From Polyangiales bacterium (GTDB taxonomy: Bacteria; Myxococcota_A; Polyangia; Polyangiales; Polyangiaceae), in contig JBBRNJ010000064.1 in assembly GCA_038230375.1 (NCBI GenBank), positions 1 to 51,451 of the forward strand: a DNA stretch of 51,451 bases. The letters are read 5' to 3'. A program made the translations under genes and the position numbers. The notes under the pieces were generated by a model. The model saw only the letters and a list, made by a program, of their open reading frames with translations, was not told the DNA's origin and made no database searches. Of this stretch, positions 9,387 through 17,830 are shown piece after piece (the first letter of the stretch is position 1; each line of letters starts with the position of its first letter).

Positions 9387-9833
9387 TCAGTTGATGAGGC
9401 GCTTGCGCTTTTCTTCCTCGAGCGCTCTACGGCTCGCGGCGCCCTCGTGGAGCGCGTGCCAGTGGCTCACGCGTTCCTCACCGTATCGCCAGCAGAAGTA
9501 GACCGGGCGGCCGTCGAGCTCACCGAGGAAGTCGCAGAGGCCCACGCGCGGATCCTTCACGACCACGCCCAGGCCCTCCACCTCGCGCCAGCCGGCGCGA
9601 TAGCGCTCCACCAGGGTGACGATCTCGCGCTTCATCTCGCGCACGGACGGGTTGTCGTCCGCGGACATGGTGACCGTGCCGCCGTTCTGCCCGGTCTCAC
9701 CGGTCTTCTCACCCAGGCTCTGGAGCGCGCTCTCGATGTCCCGCCGGCGCGCGAACTGCCGCTCGCAGATCGTACGGATGCGCGGGAGCAACGCGTTCGC
9801 GGCCTCGAGCGAGAAGACTTCCGGGTTTGCCAT
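9387..9833 (-). CDS. DUF2203-family protein
   Basis: FSLEAANALLP...GVVVKD...GLCDF...YFCWRYGE...WH...G. Confidence 0.8.
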   Translation of the reverse strand: MANPEVFSLEAANALLPRIRTICERQFARRRDIESALQSLGEKTGETGQNGGTVTMSADDNPSVREMKREIVTLVERYRAGWREVEGLGVVVKDPRVGLCDFLGELDGRPVYFCWRYGEERVSHWHALHEGAASRRALEEEKRKRLIN

Positions 9834-9894
9834 GCAGACTGAAAGGATAACAGACTTTCGGCGGGTTCCAGCCACGGGTCCAGCCAGGCCGCGA

Positions 9895-11091
9895 TCACCC
9901 CGAACGAAGTACATCCATGGGGTCCACGATGGCGGCACGCCATGCCGGCACGATGCTGAGCAGCGCGAACGGACCCAGGATCACGAGCGAGAGCCCGAGC
10001 ACCTGGGCCGCATCCACCGCGGGCGTGAGCGGCGCATCGGGGTAGAGCACGCTCCAACCCACGAGCGCGGCGCGGAGCCCCGGCGCACCGAGCACGAACA
10101 CCCACACGTACCCGATGATGATGCCGAGCGCCGTGGCAAGGACACCCGTCGCGAGCGACTCCGCGAGCTTCAGCCAGAGCACGTCCTTCGTGGAGAAGCC
10201 CACGGCCTTCAGGACCGCGATCTCGCGCCGCTCCTCCGGCCCCGCACCGCTCAGGCGGTCCCACGCGATCATGAGCAGCGCAAGGATCACCGGGATGCAC
10301 GCCGCAAGCACAAGACCAGCGCGCCTGCCATAGGCAAGCACGTACGCACGCGTCGCAGAGCCGCGCTCGATCACGCGCGCGCCTGGAAGCCGCTCGGTCA
10401 CCGTCTTCACCACCACAGCGCTCTCCGCTTCGTTCGTGAGCGTCACCGCAAGGTCCGTGGCTTCGTCGTCCGCGTAGCCAAGGACCGCGCGCGCATCGGC
10501 CTCGTCCATGAGCACCACATCGGTGGTGTAGAGGTCCACGTTGGAGGCGAACGTGCCCACGAGCTTCAACGGCTTTGCCTTTGGCGAGACGGACGGGAGG
10601 CCGAGCTCGTCGCCGGCGCGCAGCCCCAGGAAGGTGGCCAGGTCCTTTCCCGTCACCATCTCGTGCGCGCCGAGTACGAGGTCACGACCGCTCGCGAGCG
10701 ACGCACGGAGCGCCATCTCCGGCGGCGCGGACTCCTTCGATACGCCCACCACAGTCACGTTGCCCTGCAGCGCAGGGAGAAATACGTAGCCCCACACGCG
10801 CGGGCGCACGGAGCCCACGGCAAGGACGTCGCGGATCTTGGCTGCATCCTGCACGGATGTGGCCGTGGGCCGACCGCCCTTGAGCGACGACACGGTGAGG
10901 TGTGGCCACGCCGCCTCTGCGCGCTGGGCCTCTGCGCGAAGCGCGTCCGAGAGGAACAGGACTGCGGAGAGCAGCGCGACGGCAAAGAAGAGCCCACCGC
11001 CGACAGCGAGCGCCTTCGCGCGACGACGCTTGAGGCCGCTGATGGCGAAGCGAAGCAACAGCAGCGTGCGGTTCTGGTGCGGCTTGCTCAT
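9895..11091 (-). CDS. FtsX/MacB-like ABC transporter permease
   Basis: N-terminal TM, periplasmic domain, ERREIAVLKAVG, C-terminal PAWRAA.VDP. Confidence 0.85.
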   Translation of the reverse strand: MSKPHQNRTLLLLRFAISGLKRRRAKALAVGGGLFFAVALLSAVLFLSDALRAEAQRAEAAWPHLTVSSLKGGRPTATSVQDAAKIRDVLAVGSVRPRVWGYVFLPALQGNVTVVGVSKESAPPEMALRASLASGRDLVLGAHEMVTGKDLATFLGLRAGDELGLPSVSPKAKPLKLVGTFASNVDLYTTDVVLMDEADARAVLGYADDEATDLAVTLTNEAESAVVVKTVTERLPGARVIERGSATRAYVLAYGRRAGLVLAACIPVILALLMIAWDRLSGAGPEERREIAVLKAVGFSTKDVLWLKLAESLATGVLATALGIIIGYVWVFVLGAPGLRAALVGWSVLYPDAPLTPAVDAAQVLGLSLVILGPFALLSIVPAWRAAIVDPMDVLRSG

Positions 11092-11462
11092 GGGCCGTCG
11101 CCCCCTCGCGGCGCAGCCGGTGCAGCGCTGGTGGGCACCGCGTGCGTGCCGGGATTCGCGCGCTCGTTGTACAGCTCGCGCGGGGGCGCCATCATGGCCC
11201 CAGCGGGGTCGGGATCGGGTACCGCGGGGCCATCCGCGAACGCGGCGCCCGGCTCCTCGAGCGATGGGAAACGGAGCCATCGCGCGCCGCCCGACAGCGC
11301 GAGATCGCCGGAAGGCAGGCGCGTGGCGATCTCCGCGATGGCAGGCGCATCCGCGCCCCTGCGCAAACGCATGTAGTTTGCATGTATCGGCACCAGGGCA
11401 AGACCGACCAGCGACATCAGCGTCGCGGAGATGAAGGCTGTCTCGAAGGCGTTCTTTCTCAC
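11088..11462 (-). CDS. Small membrane-anchored hypothetical protein
   Basis: GTG start overlaps the mlaE stop and its stop overlaps the permease start; N-terminal TM. Confidence 0.65.
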   Translation of the reverse strand: MRKNAFETAFISATLMSLVGLALVPIHANYMRLRRGADAPAIAEIATRLPSGDLALSGGARWLRFPSLEEPGAAFADGPAVPDPDPAGAMMAPPRELYNERANPGTHAVPTSAAPAAPRGGDGP

Positions 11463-12226
11463 TGGGAGAGGATGGTGATGAACAGCTTGGTAAGGAGCAG
11501 GTCGGCGATCAGGATGGCGATCGAGACAGCCACCACGGTGCGCGTGGTTGCCTGTCCCACGCCCTCCGTGCCGCCCCGCGTGTGCATGCCGAAGTAGCAG
11601 CCCGTCATGGCGATGATGAAGCCGAAGACCGGCGTCTTGGCGATGCCGCTGACGAAGTCGGAGATCTTGACGACCTCCATGGCGGAGAGCACGTAGGCGC
11701 TCGGACTGATGTCGTACTGGAAGTGGCAGATGCCAATGGAGCCGATGGTGCCGAGCACCAGCGCGTACACGCTGAGCAGCGGCATGACCAGCGTGGCGGC
11801 GAGCACGCGCGGCAAGACAAGCTTCTTCGCCGGGTCCGCGCCGAGCGCGCGGATCGCATCGACCTGCTCGGTGACGTTCATGGCGCCGACCTCCGCCGCC
11901 ATACCGCTGGCGATGCGTCCGCCGACGATGACGGCGGTGAGCGTGGGCGCGAGCTCGCGAAGGAACGAGAGCACGATGACGCGTGGTGCGTACTCCAGAC
12001 CGCCGAACCGGCGCAGGCCGAACGCGAACTGGATGGTCATGACCATGCCGATGAACACGGACGTCACGGTCACGATCCCCAGCGACCGCACGCCGAGAGA
12101 CTCCATCTGGTAGAGCGTGGAGGAGATCTCGAACGGCCGCTTGAAGAGGGATCGCATGGTGGCGCGCACCAGCACGGCGATCTCGCCGAGCGCCTCGATG
12201 AACCGCGTGAAGCCCCCGCTCTCCAT
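11459..12226 (-). CDS. mlaE: MlaE-family ABC transporter permease
   Basis: RELAPTLTAVIVGGRIASGMAAEVGAMNVTEQVDAIRALG; GGTEGVGQATT. Confidence 0.92.
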   Translation of the reverse strand: MESGGFTRFIEALGEIAVLVRATMRSLFKRPFEISSTLYQMESLGVRSLGIVTVTSVFIGMVMTIQFAFGLRRFGGLEYAPRVIVLSFLRELAPTLTAVIVGGRIASGMAAEVGAMNVTEQVDAIRALGADPAKKLVLPRVLAATLVMPLLSVYALVLGTIGSIGICHFQYDISPSAYVLSAMEVVKISDFVSGIAKTPVFGFIIAMTGCYFGMHTRGGTEGVGQATTRTVVAVSIAILIADLLLTKLFITILSQ

Positions 12227-12789
12227 CAGATCTTCGCTCCCGAGCCCGGCAGCGTCCGGAACCCACGTACGAACGCGTCGAACACGGGCGCGCCGCCTTC
12301 GATCACGTCGTGCGATGCCACGTACACGAAGTCGTAGACGCAGCCATCCTTCTTGAGGACGAAGATGTCGAAGCCGAACGGCACGCCGTCGAGCTTGGCG
12401 GTGAGCCGCGTGTGCAGCGCCTCTCGATTGTCGAACGGCTCCACGACCTGGCTCTCCACCACGCGCTCGGTGGTGCCCATCACCAGGTGATTCGTCAGCG
12501 CGAGGAGCGGCGTGTCGCCATCGAGCGTGGTGCAGCGTCCGTTCACCAGGATGCTCGCGTCGTGAACGTCGTCGCGGTAGCTCAGGGCCGCGTGCGAGAC
12601 CTTGATCTGCTTCCAGCTGGTGGGGGTCTCTGGCACTTTGAATGCCACGGCCCCGTCGCGGTAGACGGTCTCGCCGTGGGTCGCCGCTCCCGACGCGCCG
12701 CACCCTGCGAGCACCAGGAGAGCGCCGACAGCTGCACACGCCGCGAGATGCGCGAGGTGAATGACGGGTGACGTGCCGGATTCCCGCAT
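12226..12789 (-). CDS. Lipoprotein, hypothetical
   Basis: Lipobox LAGC; KKDGCVYDF; stop overlaps the mlaE start; start uncertain. Confidence 0.7.
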   Translation of the reverse strand: MRESGTSPVIHLAHLAACAAVGALLVLAGCGASGAATHGETVYRDGAVAFKVPETPTSWKQIKVSHAALSYRDDVHDASILVNGRCTTLDGDTPLLALTNHLVMGTTERVVESQVVEPFDNREALHTRLTAKLDGVPFGFDIFVLKKDGCVYDFVYVASHDVIEGGAPVFDAFVRGFRTLPGSGAKI

Positions 12790-12837
12790 GAACGAGCACC
12801 CTTTTGATATCATCGAATGCGGAACTCAGAGACCACG

Positions 12838-14370
12838 ATGATCCGCCTCCACAATACGCTCACGCAGAAGCTCGAAGACTTTGTCCCCCGCGAACCCGGG
12901 AAGGTGAGCCTCTATCAGTGCGGGCTGACCACGTACGACCTTGCGCACGCGGGGCACGCGCGGAGCAACGTCGCGTTCGACACGCTCGTGCGCCATTTGC
13001 GCGGGCGCGGACTCGACGTCGTCTACGTCCGCAACGTGACGGACGTGGACGACAAGATCGTGAAGCGCGCGGCGGAGAACGGGGAAGAGCCGCTCGCGTT
13101 GTCGGCGCGCATGAGCCTCATCGCCGACCAGGATCTGGCCGAGATCGGCGTGCAGAAGCCCACGATCGAGCCGCGTGTCTCCACGCACATCACCGAGATC
13201 GTGGAGCTCATCGAGCGCCTCGTCGCGAAGGGCGTTGCGTACGTCGCAAAGACGGACAAGGGCCACGACGTCTACTTCAGCGTCCGCAGCTTCCCGACAT
13301 ACGGCAAGCTCTCCAAGCGCAACATCGACGACCTCCTCTCGGGCGCGCGCATCGAGGTAGGCGACGTGAAGAAGGACCCGCTCGACTTCGCGCTCTGGAA
13401 GGGGTCCGAGGACGAAGGCTTCGGCTGGCCCAGCCCATGGGGCAAGGGCCGTCCCGGCTGGCACATCGAGTGCTCCGCGATGGCGCAGAAGCATCTCGGC
13501 GACGAGCTCGACATCCACTGCGGCGGAATGGATCTCATCTTCCCCCACCACGAGAACGAGATCGCCCAGAGCGAGGCGGACACGGGCAAGCCGTTCGCGC
13601 GCTACTGGCTGCACAACGGCTTCCTCAACGTGGACAGCGAGAAGATGAGCAAGTCGCTTGGCAACTTCGTCACCATCCGTGACGTGCTGGAGCGCAACGA
13701 CGCCGAGGGTTTCCGCTACTTCCTGCTGGGTACGCACTACCGCGGCCCGCTGTCGTTCGACGTGGAGAAGGAAGAGAGCGGCCGCGTGCGCTTCCCCGGC
13801 GTGGACGAGGGCGAACGCCGCGCGGATTATCTGTATATTACACGTGAATTGCTGGCCTCCATCGCGGAGGGTGCGCCCTCCTCCGCAGATCCGCAGGGCG
13901 GTCCCAAGGAGCTATCCGCGCAGGCCAAGATCGTCGCGGAGGCAAAGGAGCGCGTGCTGGATGCGCTGGATCGCGACCTGAACACGCCCGTCGCGCTCAG
14001 CGTGCTGGGAGACGCCGCAAAGGCGGGCAACGAGATCGCGACGCGCGCGCAGAAGCTCAGGAAGGACCCGAAGGCCTTCGACATGGTGCGCGGGCTCGCG
14101 GCGGCTGCGCTCGATGCCATCAACGCGTGCGCGCATCCGCTGGGCCTCTTGCAGACCCCCGCGCACGACTACTTCGCGCGCGTGCGTGAGCGTCGCCTCC
14201 GCATCAAAGGCCTTGCAGCCGCGGACATCGACAAGAAGCTCGAGGACCGCACGGCCGCGCGCAACGCCAAGGACTTCACGAAGGCAGACGTGCTGCGCAA
14301 GGAGCTCGACGCGCTGGGCATCGAGATCCTCGACTCCCCCACCGGCTCCACCTGGCGCGTCTTGCTCTGA
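12838..14370 (+). CDS. cysS: Cysteine--tRNA ligase
   Basis: CGLT.YD..HAGHAR (HIGH), GRPGWHIECSAM, FPHHENE, KMSKS. Confidence 0.97.
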   Translation: MIRLHNTLTQKLEDFVPREPGKVSLYQCGLTTYDLAHAGHARSNVAFDTLVRHLRGRGLDVVYVRNVTDVDDKIVKRAAENGEEPLALSARMSLIADQDLAEIGVQKPTIEPRVSTHITEIVELIERLVAKGVAYVAKTDKGHDVYFSVRSFPTYGKLSKRNIDDLLSGARIEVGDVKKDPLDFALWKGSEDEGFGWPSPWGKGRPGWHIECSAMAQKHLGDELDIHCGGMDLIFPHHENEIAQSEADTGKPFARYWLHNGFLNVDSEKMSKSLGNFVTIRDVLERNDAEGFRYFLLGTHYRGPLSFDVEKEESGRVRFPGVDEGERRADYLYITRELLASIAEGAPSSADPQGGPKELSAQAKIVAEAKERVLDALDRDLNTPVALSVLGDAAKAGNEIATRAQKLRKDPKAFDMVRGLAAAALDAINACAHPLGLLQTPAHDYFARVRERRLRIKGLAAADIDKKLEDRTAARNAKDFTKADVLRKELDALGIEILDSPTGSTWRVLL

Positions 14371-14406
14371 TTGTCAGAGCCCCGCTTACGAGCGCGAGGA
14401 GGGCTT

Positions 14407-15291
14407 TCACTCTGGAGCGGCTCCTCGCCCTTTCGTGACCAAGCTCGGAGCCGTCCACGCTGGCCCGTGCCAGAGGATGCCGACGCGCTCGCGGAGCCCC
14501 TTCGCACGGCGGAGGTCGCGCCCGATGGACGCGTACTCGTGGAACGCGATGCGGAACGGGTTGAACGTGGAGATGTTCTTCGTGAGCCCGAACACCACCG
14601 GCGCGCGCTCTTCCGCGAACGTGCCGAAGAGGCGGTCCCACACGATGAGGACGCCCGCGTAGTTCTTGTCCAGGTACTCCGGATTGGATGCATGATGCAC
14701 GCGATGGTGTGACGGTGTGTTGAGCACCGCCTCGAACCAGCGCGGCATACGCAGGATGCCTTCCGTGTGGATCCAGTACTGGTAGACCAGGTTGCAGCCA
14801 CCGGAGACCATGATCATCCACGGCGCGACGCCGAGCAGCGCCCACGGCGCGTAGAAGAGCACGGTGGGGAACGGCGTCCACGGCTGCCTGAGCGCTGTCG
14901 ACAGGTTGTAGTGCTGACTGGAGTGGTGGTTCACATGACACGCCCAGAGCAGCCGGTTCTCGTGCTCCACGCGGTGATGCCAGTAGAAGGAGAAATCCCA
15001 GCCGATGAGCGCCACGGCCCAGCCGAGCACGCCTTCGCCGAGCGTGACGATCCGGAACTGGTAGAGCCACGTGGCGACGGAGTACGTGACCAGGTTGATC
15101 ACGCCGACCACCACGAGTGAGCCCACGCCCATACCCAGGCTCGCGAGCGTGTCCTGCCGCTCGTAGCCCTGCACCTTCTTGCCGTTGCGCGTCCAGCGCT
15201 GCATCAGCCACATCTCGCCGAAGAGCGTCACCAGAAAGAACGGGATCGCGTAGACGGTCGGGTCGGGATACGGGGCCTCGGGCAAGTGCAC
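14407..15291 (-). CDS. Sterol desaturase / fatty acid hydroxylase superfamily, alkylglycerol monooxygenase-like
   Basis: His boxes YWHHRVEHE, HVNHHSS..YNLSTALRQ, QYWIHT, PSHHRVHH, WDRLFGT. Confidence 0.88.
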   Translation of the reverse strand: MHLPEAPYPDPTVYAIPFFLVTLFGEMWLMQRWTRNGKKVQGYERQDTLASLGMGVGSLVVVGVINLVTYSVATWLYQFRIVTLGEGVLGWAVALIGWDFSFYWHHRVEHENRLLWACHVNHHSSQHYNLSTALRQPWTPFPTVLFYAPWALLGVAPWMIMVSGGCNLVYQYWIHTEGILRMPRWFEAVLNTPSHHRVHHASNPEYLDKNYAGVLIVWDRLFGTFAEERAPVVFGLTKNISTFNPFRIAFHEYASIGRDLRRAKGLRERVGILWHGPAWTAPSLVTKGRGAAPE

Positions 15292-15337
15292 ACTGCAAGA
15301 ATAGCTGGCAACGACAAAACCGCCTACCGTGTCGCCG

Positions 15338-16342
15338 ATGCGCAGTTCCTTCGCCCGCGTTTCCGCCCGGTCCACACTCGCACTGCTCGCGTTTTTCATT
15401 CCGCTCGCTGCGTGTGGCACCAGCAGCGCGCCGTTGCCTGACATGCAGTTCTCGGACGCGAGCGCGGACAATGCGGACGCGGGCGGCTCGACCGGCACCA
15501 CGGACGCGGCGACATCGGTCAAGGACGGCGGACCGGATGCAAGCGGCGTCATCGGCGGGAGTCGCCCGGTTGGCGTGCACGTCCCGCCGAGCTACGTGCA
15601 AGGCACAGCCATGCCGCTCGTGATCATGTTGCACGGGTACTCCGCCAGCAGCGACGCGGAGGAGGGCTATCTCGGGCTCACGGCGCTCTCGGATTCAAAG
15701 GGCTTCCTTTACGTTCGCCCCAACGGCACCGCGGATGCGATGGGCAAACTGTTCTGGAACGGCACCGACGGGTGCTGCAACTTCCAGGCTCCGTTCATTG
15801 ACGACTCCACGTATCTGTCGAACCTCATCGATCAGGTCTCCGCGCATTTCACGGTCGACCCGAAGCGCGTGTACTTCATCGGCCACTCCAACGGGGGGTT
15901 CATGTCGTATCGAATGGCGTGCGACCACGGCGACAAGATCGCCGCGATCGTGAGCCTGGCTGGCGCCATGTGGCAGGACCTGTCGAAGTGCCCCGCAAAG
16001 ACGCCGGTCTCCGTTCTCGAGGTGCACGGCACCGCGGATACAACGATCCCGTACGCCGGCGGGTCGAACGTGGGCCACGCGTTCCCGGGCGCGACCACCT
16101 CGATCGCCGACTGGACCACCTACGACGGCTGCTCATCCACCGCGGACACGTCGGCACCAAACCTGGATCTCGAGGTGGGTGTGGTCGGCGCCGAGACCAC
16201 AGTCACGAAGTACGCGATGGGCTGCAAGGCCGGCGCCGCGACCGAGCTGTGGACGATCGCGGGGGGCGCGCACATCCCGACGTTCACGCACGACTTCGCG
16301 CCGGACGCGATCGACTTCCTGCTTGCGCACCCGAAGCCCTAA
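15338..16342 (+). CDS. PHB-depolymerase/LpqC-type alpha/beta hydrolase lipoprotein
   Basis: Lipobox LAAC; PLVIMLHG, GHSNGG nucleophile elbow, HGTAD, C-terminal GGAH. Confidence 0.88.
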   Translation: MRSSFARVSARSTLALLAFFIPLAACGTSSAPLPDMQFSDASADNADAGGSTGTTDAATSVKDGGPDASGVIGGSRPVGVHVPPSYVQGTAMPLVIMLHGYSASSDAEEGYLGLTALSDSKGFLYVRPNGTADAMGKLFWNGTDGCCNFQAPFIDDSTYLSNLIDQVSAHFTVDPKRVYFIGHSNGGFMSYRMACDHGDKIAAIVSLAGAMWQDLSKCPAKTPVSVLEVHGTADTTIPYAGGSNVGHAFPGATTSIADWTTYDGCSSTADTSAPNLDLEVGVVGAETTVTKYAMGCKAGAATELWTIAGGAHIPTFTHDFAPDAIDFLLAHPKP

Positions 16343-16382
16343 ATAGCTGGGCCGCGCCGGGCGACGTTGTTAAGCTCGGGCG

Positions 16383-16964
16383 ATGATCCACCCGTGGACC
16401 GAGCTTCGGTTCATCAACGCGGAGATCGGCAGTGGGGTGTTCGCGACGCGACGCATCCCACGTGGGACGATCACGTGGGCCCAGTGCTCACTCGACCGCG
16501 TGCTCACGCCCGCCGAAGTGAAGGACCTTGGCCCTGCGTACCACGCGGCGATCGATCGCTACGCGTACCAGAACCGCGCAGGTGAATGGGTTCTGTGCTG
16601 GGATTTTGGCCGATTCATGAATCACTCTTGCGACCCCGCAGTGCTCAGCCCAGGGTTCGACATTGACGTGGCGGTGCGCGACGTGGAGGCGGGCGAGCAG
16701 CTCACGTGTGACTACGCGCTGCTCAATCTGGAGGCAGACATGCCATGCAGCTGCGGCGCTGCATCGTGTCGGCAGGTCGTCAGGCCCGACGACTCGACGC
16801 GCATGCTGTCCGCGTGGGACGCCGCGGTCGCGCTCGCGTTCGCCGCGGTCCCCGGAGTGGAGCAGCCGCTGTCGCCGTTCGTGCGCGACGAGGCTCACGT
16901 CTTCGCCGCCGCGCGCGGCGAGCGCCCGATTCCCTCCTGCGCGGTGCACCTGAGGCGAACATGA
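16383..16964 (+). CDS. SET-domain protein-lysine methyltransferase with post-SET Cys motif
   Basis: GSGVFATRRIPRG, RFMNHSCDP, GEQLTCDY, CSCGAASCR. Confidence 0.9.
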   Translation: MIHPWTELRFINAEIGSGVFATRRIPRGTITWAQCSLDRVLTPAEVKDLGPAYHAAIDRYAYQNRAGEWVLCWDFGRFMNHSCDPAVLSPGFDIDVAVRDVEAGEQLTCDYALLNLEADMPCSCGAASCRQVVRPDDSTRMLSAWDAAVALAFAAVPGVEQPLSPFVRDEAHVFAAARGERPIPSCAVHLRRT

Positions 16965-17683
16965 ACAGCCGCGAGGCCAGCGAGCTCCGGCTGGCCAACG
17001 CGCGGGCCCGGAAGATCCTCTGGATCACGTTGGGCTGGGTCGCGCTCGGAACGCTCGCAAACTGGGCCGTCCGCGGCACAGGCCCCGTTGACGCGCTCGT
17101 CTTCACCATCGATACGCTGGCGTACCTCACCAAGCGACAAGACGGCGCGGCGTGGTTCATCCAGGTGGTCCTCCTCCACGGCGGCACGGTGATCACCTGG
17201 TACATTGGCTGGTACGTCGTGGATCTCGTCATGGAGAACCATCTCTGGCGGAACCTCCGCGAACGGAAGCGCATGAAAGAGATCGAGGCACTGTCAGACC
17301 ACGTGATCATCTGCGGCGGCGGTCGCGTCGGCGAACACCTCGCAAGGCTGCTCGCCAAGGGCGGCGTAAGCTTCGTCGTGGTGGACGAGAACGTCGATCG
17401 CGCCAGCGAGCTACGCGAGCTCGGCTATGTGGTGGTCGAAGGTGACGCACGCGACGAGAGCGTCCTCCGCCACGCCGGCGCGACACGCGCAAAACGGATC
17501 GTCTGCGCGCTGCCGAATGCCGAGCGAAACGTCTTCGTCGTGCTCGCCGCGAAACGAATCAAGCCGGACGTCCGCGTGGACGCCAGGTGCGAAGACGAGA
17601 AGCTCGCGGCAACGCTCTCCCAGGCGGGGGCAGAGCGCGTGATCCTGCCCGAGCGCGCCTGCGCCGAGCTCCTGCTCGAGTGA
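16961..17683 (+). CDS. 2-TM ion channel-like protein with a TrkA-N/RCK domain
   Basis: TM1, pore-like helix (DALVFTIDTL), TM2, then HVIICGGGRVG...GDARDE.VL..AG. Confidence 0.8.
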   Translation: MNSREASELRLANARARKILWITLGWVALGTLANWAVRGTGPVDALVFTIDTLAYLTKRQDGAAWFIQVVLLHGGTVITWYIGWYVVDLVMENHLWRNLRERKRMKEIEALSDHVIICGGGRVGEHLARLLAKGGVSFVVVDENVDRASELRELGYVVVEGDARDESVLRHAGATRAKRIVCALPNAERNVFVVLAAKRIKPDVRVDARCEDEKLAATLSQAGAERVILPERACAELLLE

Positions 17684-17830
17684 GCCGTCAGTCTGGTGAG
17701 CCGTCAGTCCAGTGAGCCGAGCTTTCGCTCAGTCGAGTGAGCCGAGCTTGCGCTCGGTCGAGTGAGCCGAGCTTGCGCTCAGTCGAGTGAGCCGAGCTTG
17801 CGCTCAGTCGAGTGAGCCGAGCTTGCGCTC
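17678..17830. repeat. 25-bp tandem repeat (AGTCGAGTGAGCCGAGCTTGCGCTC) x5 plus two degenerate 16-bp units; copies the dnaA 3' end
   Basis: Directly visible; the last unit encodes the dnaA C-terminus and stop on the minus strand. Confidence 0.95.

Noticed and set aside
17678..17830. Possible CRISPR array
   Set aside because: Units are head-to-tail with no unique spacers, and there are no cas genes
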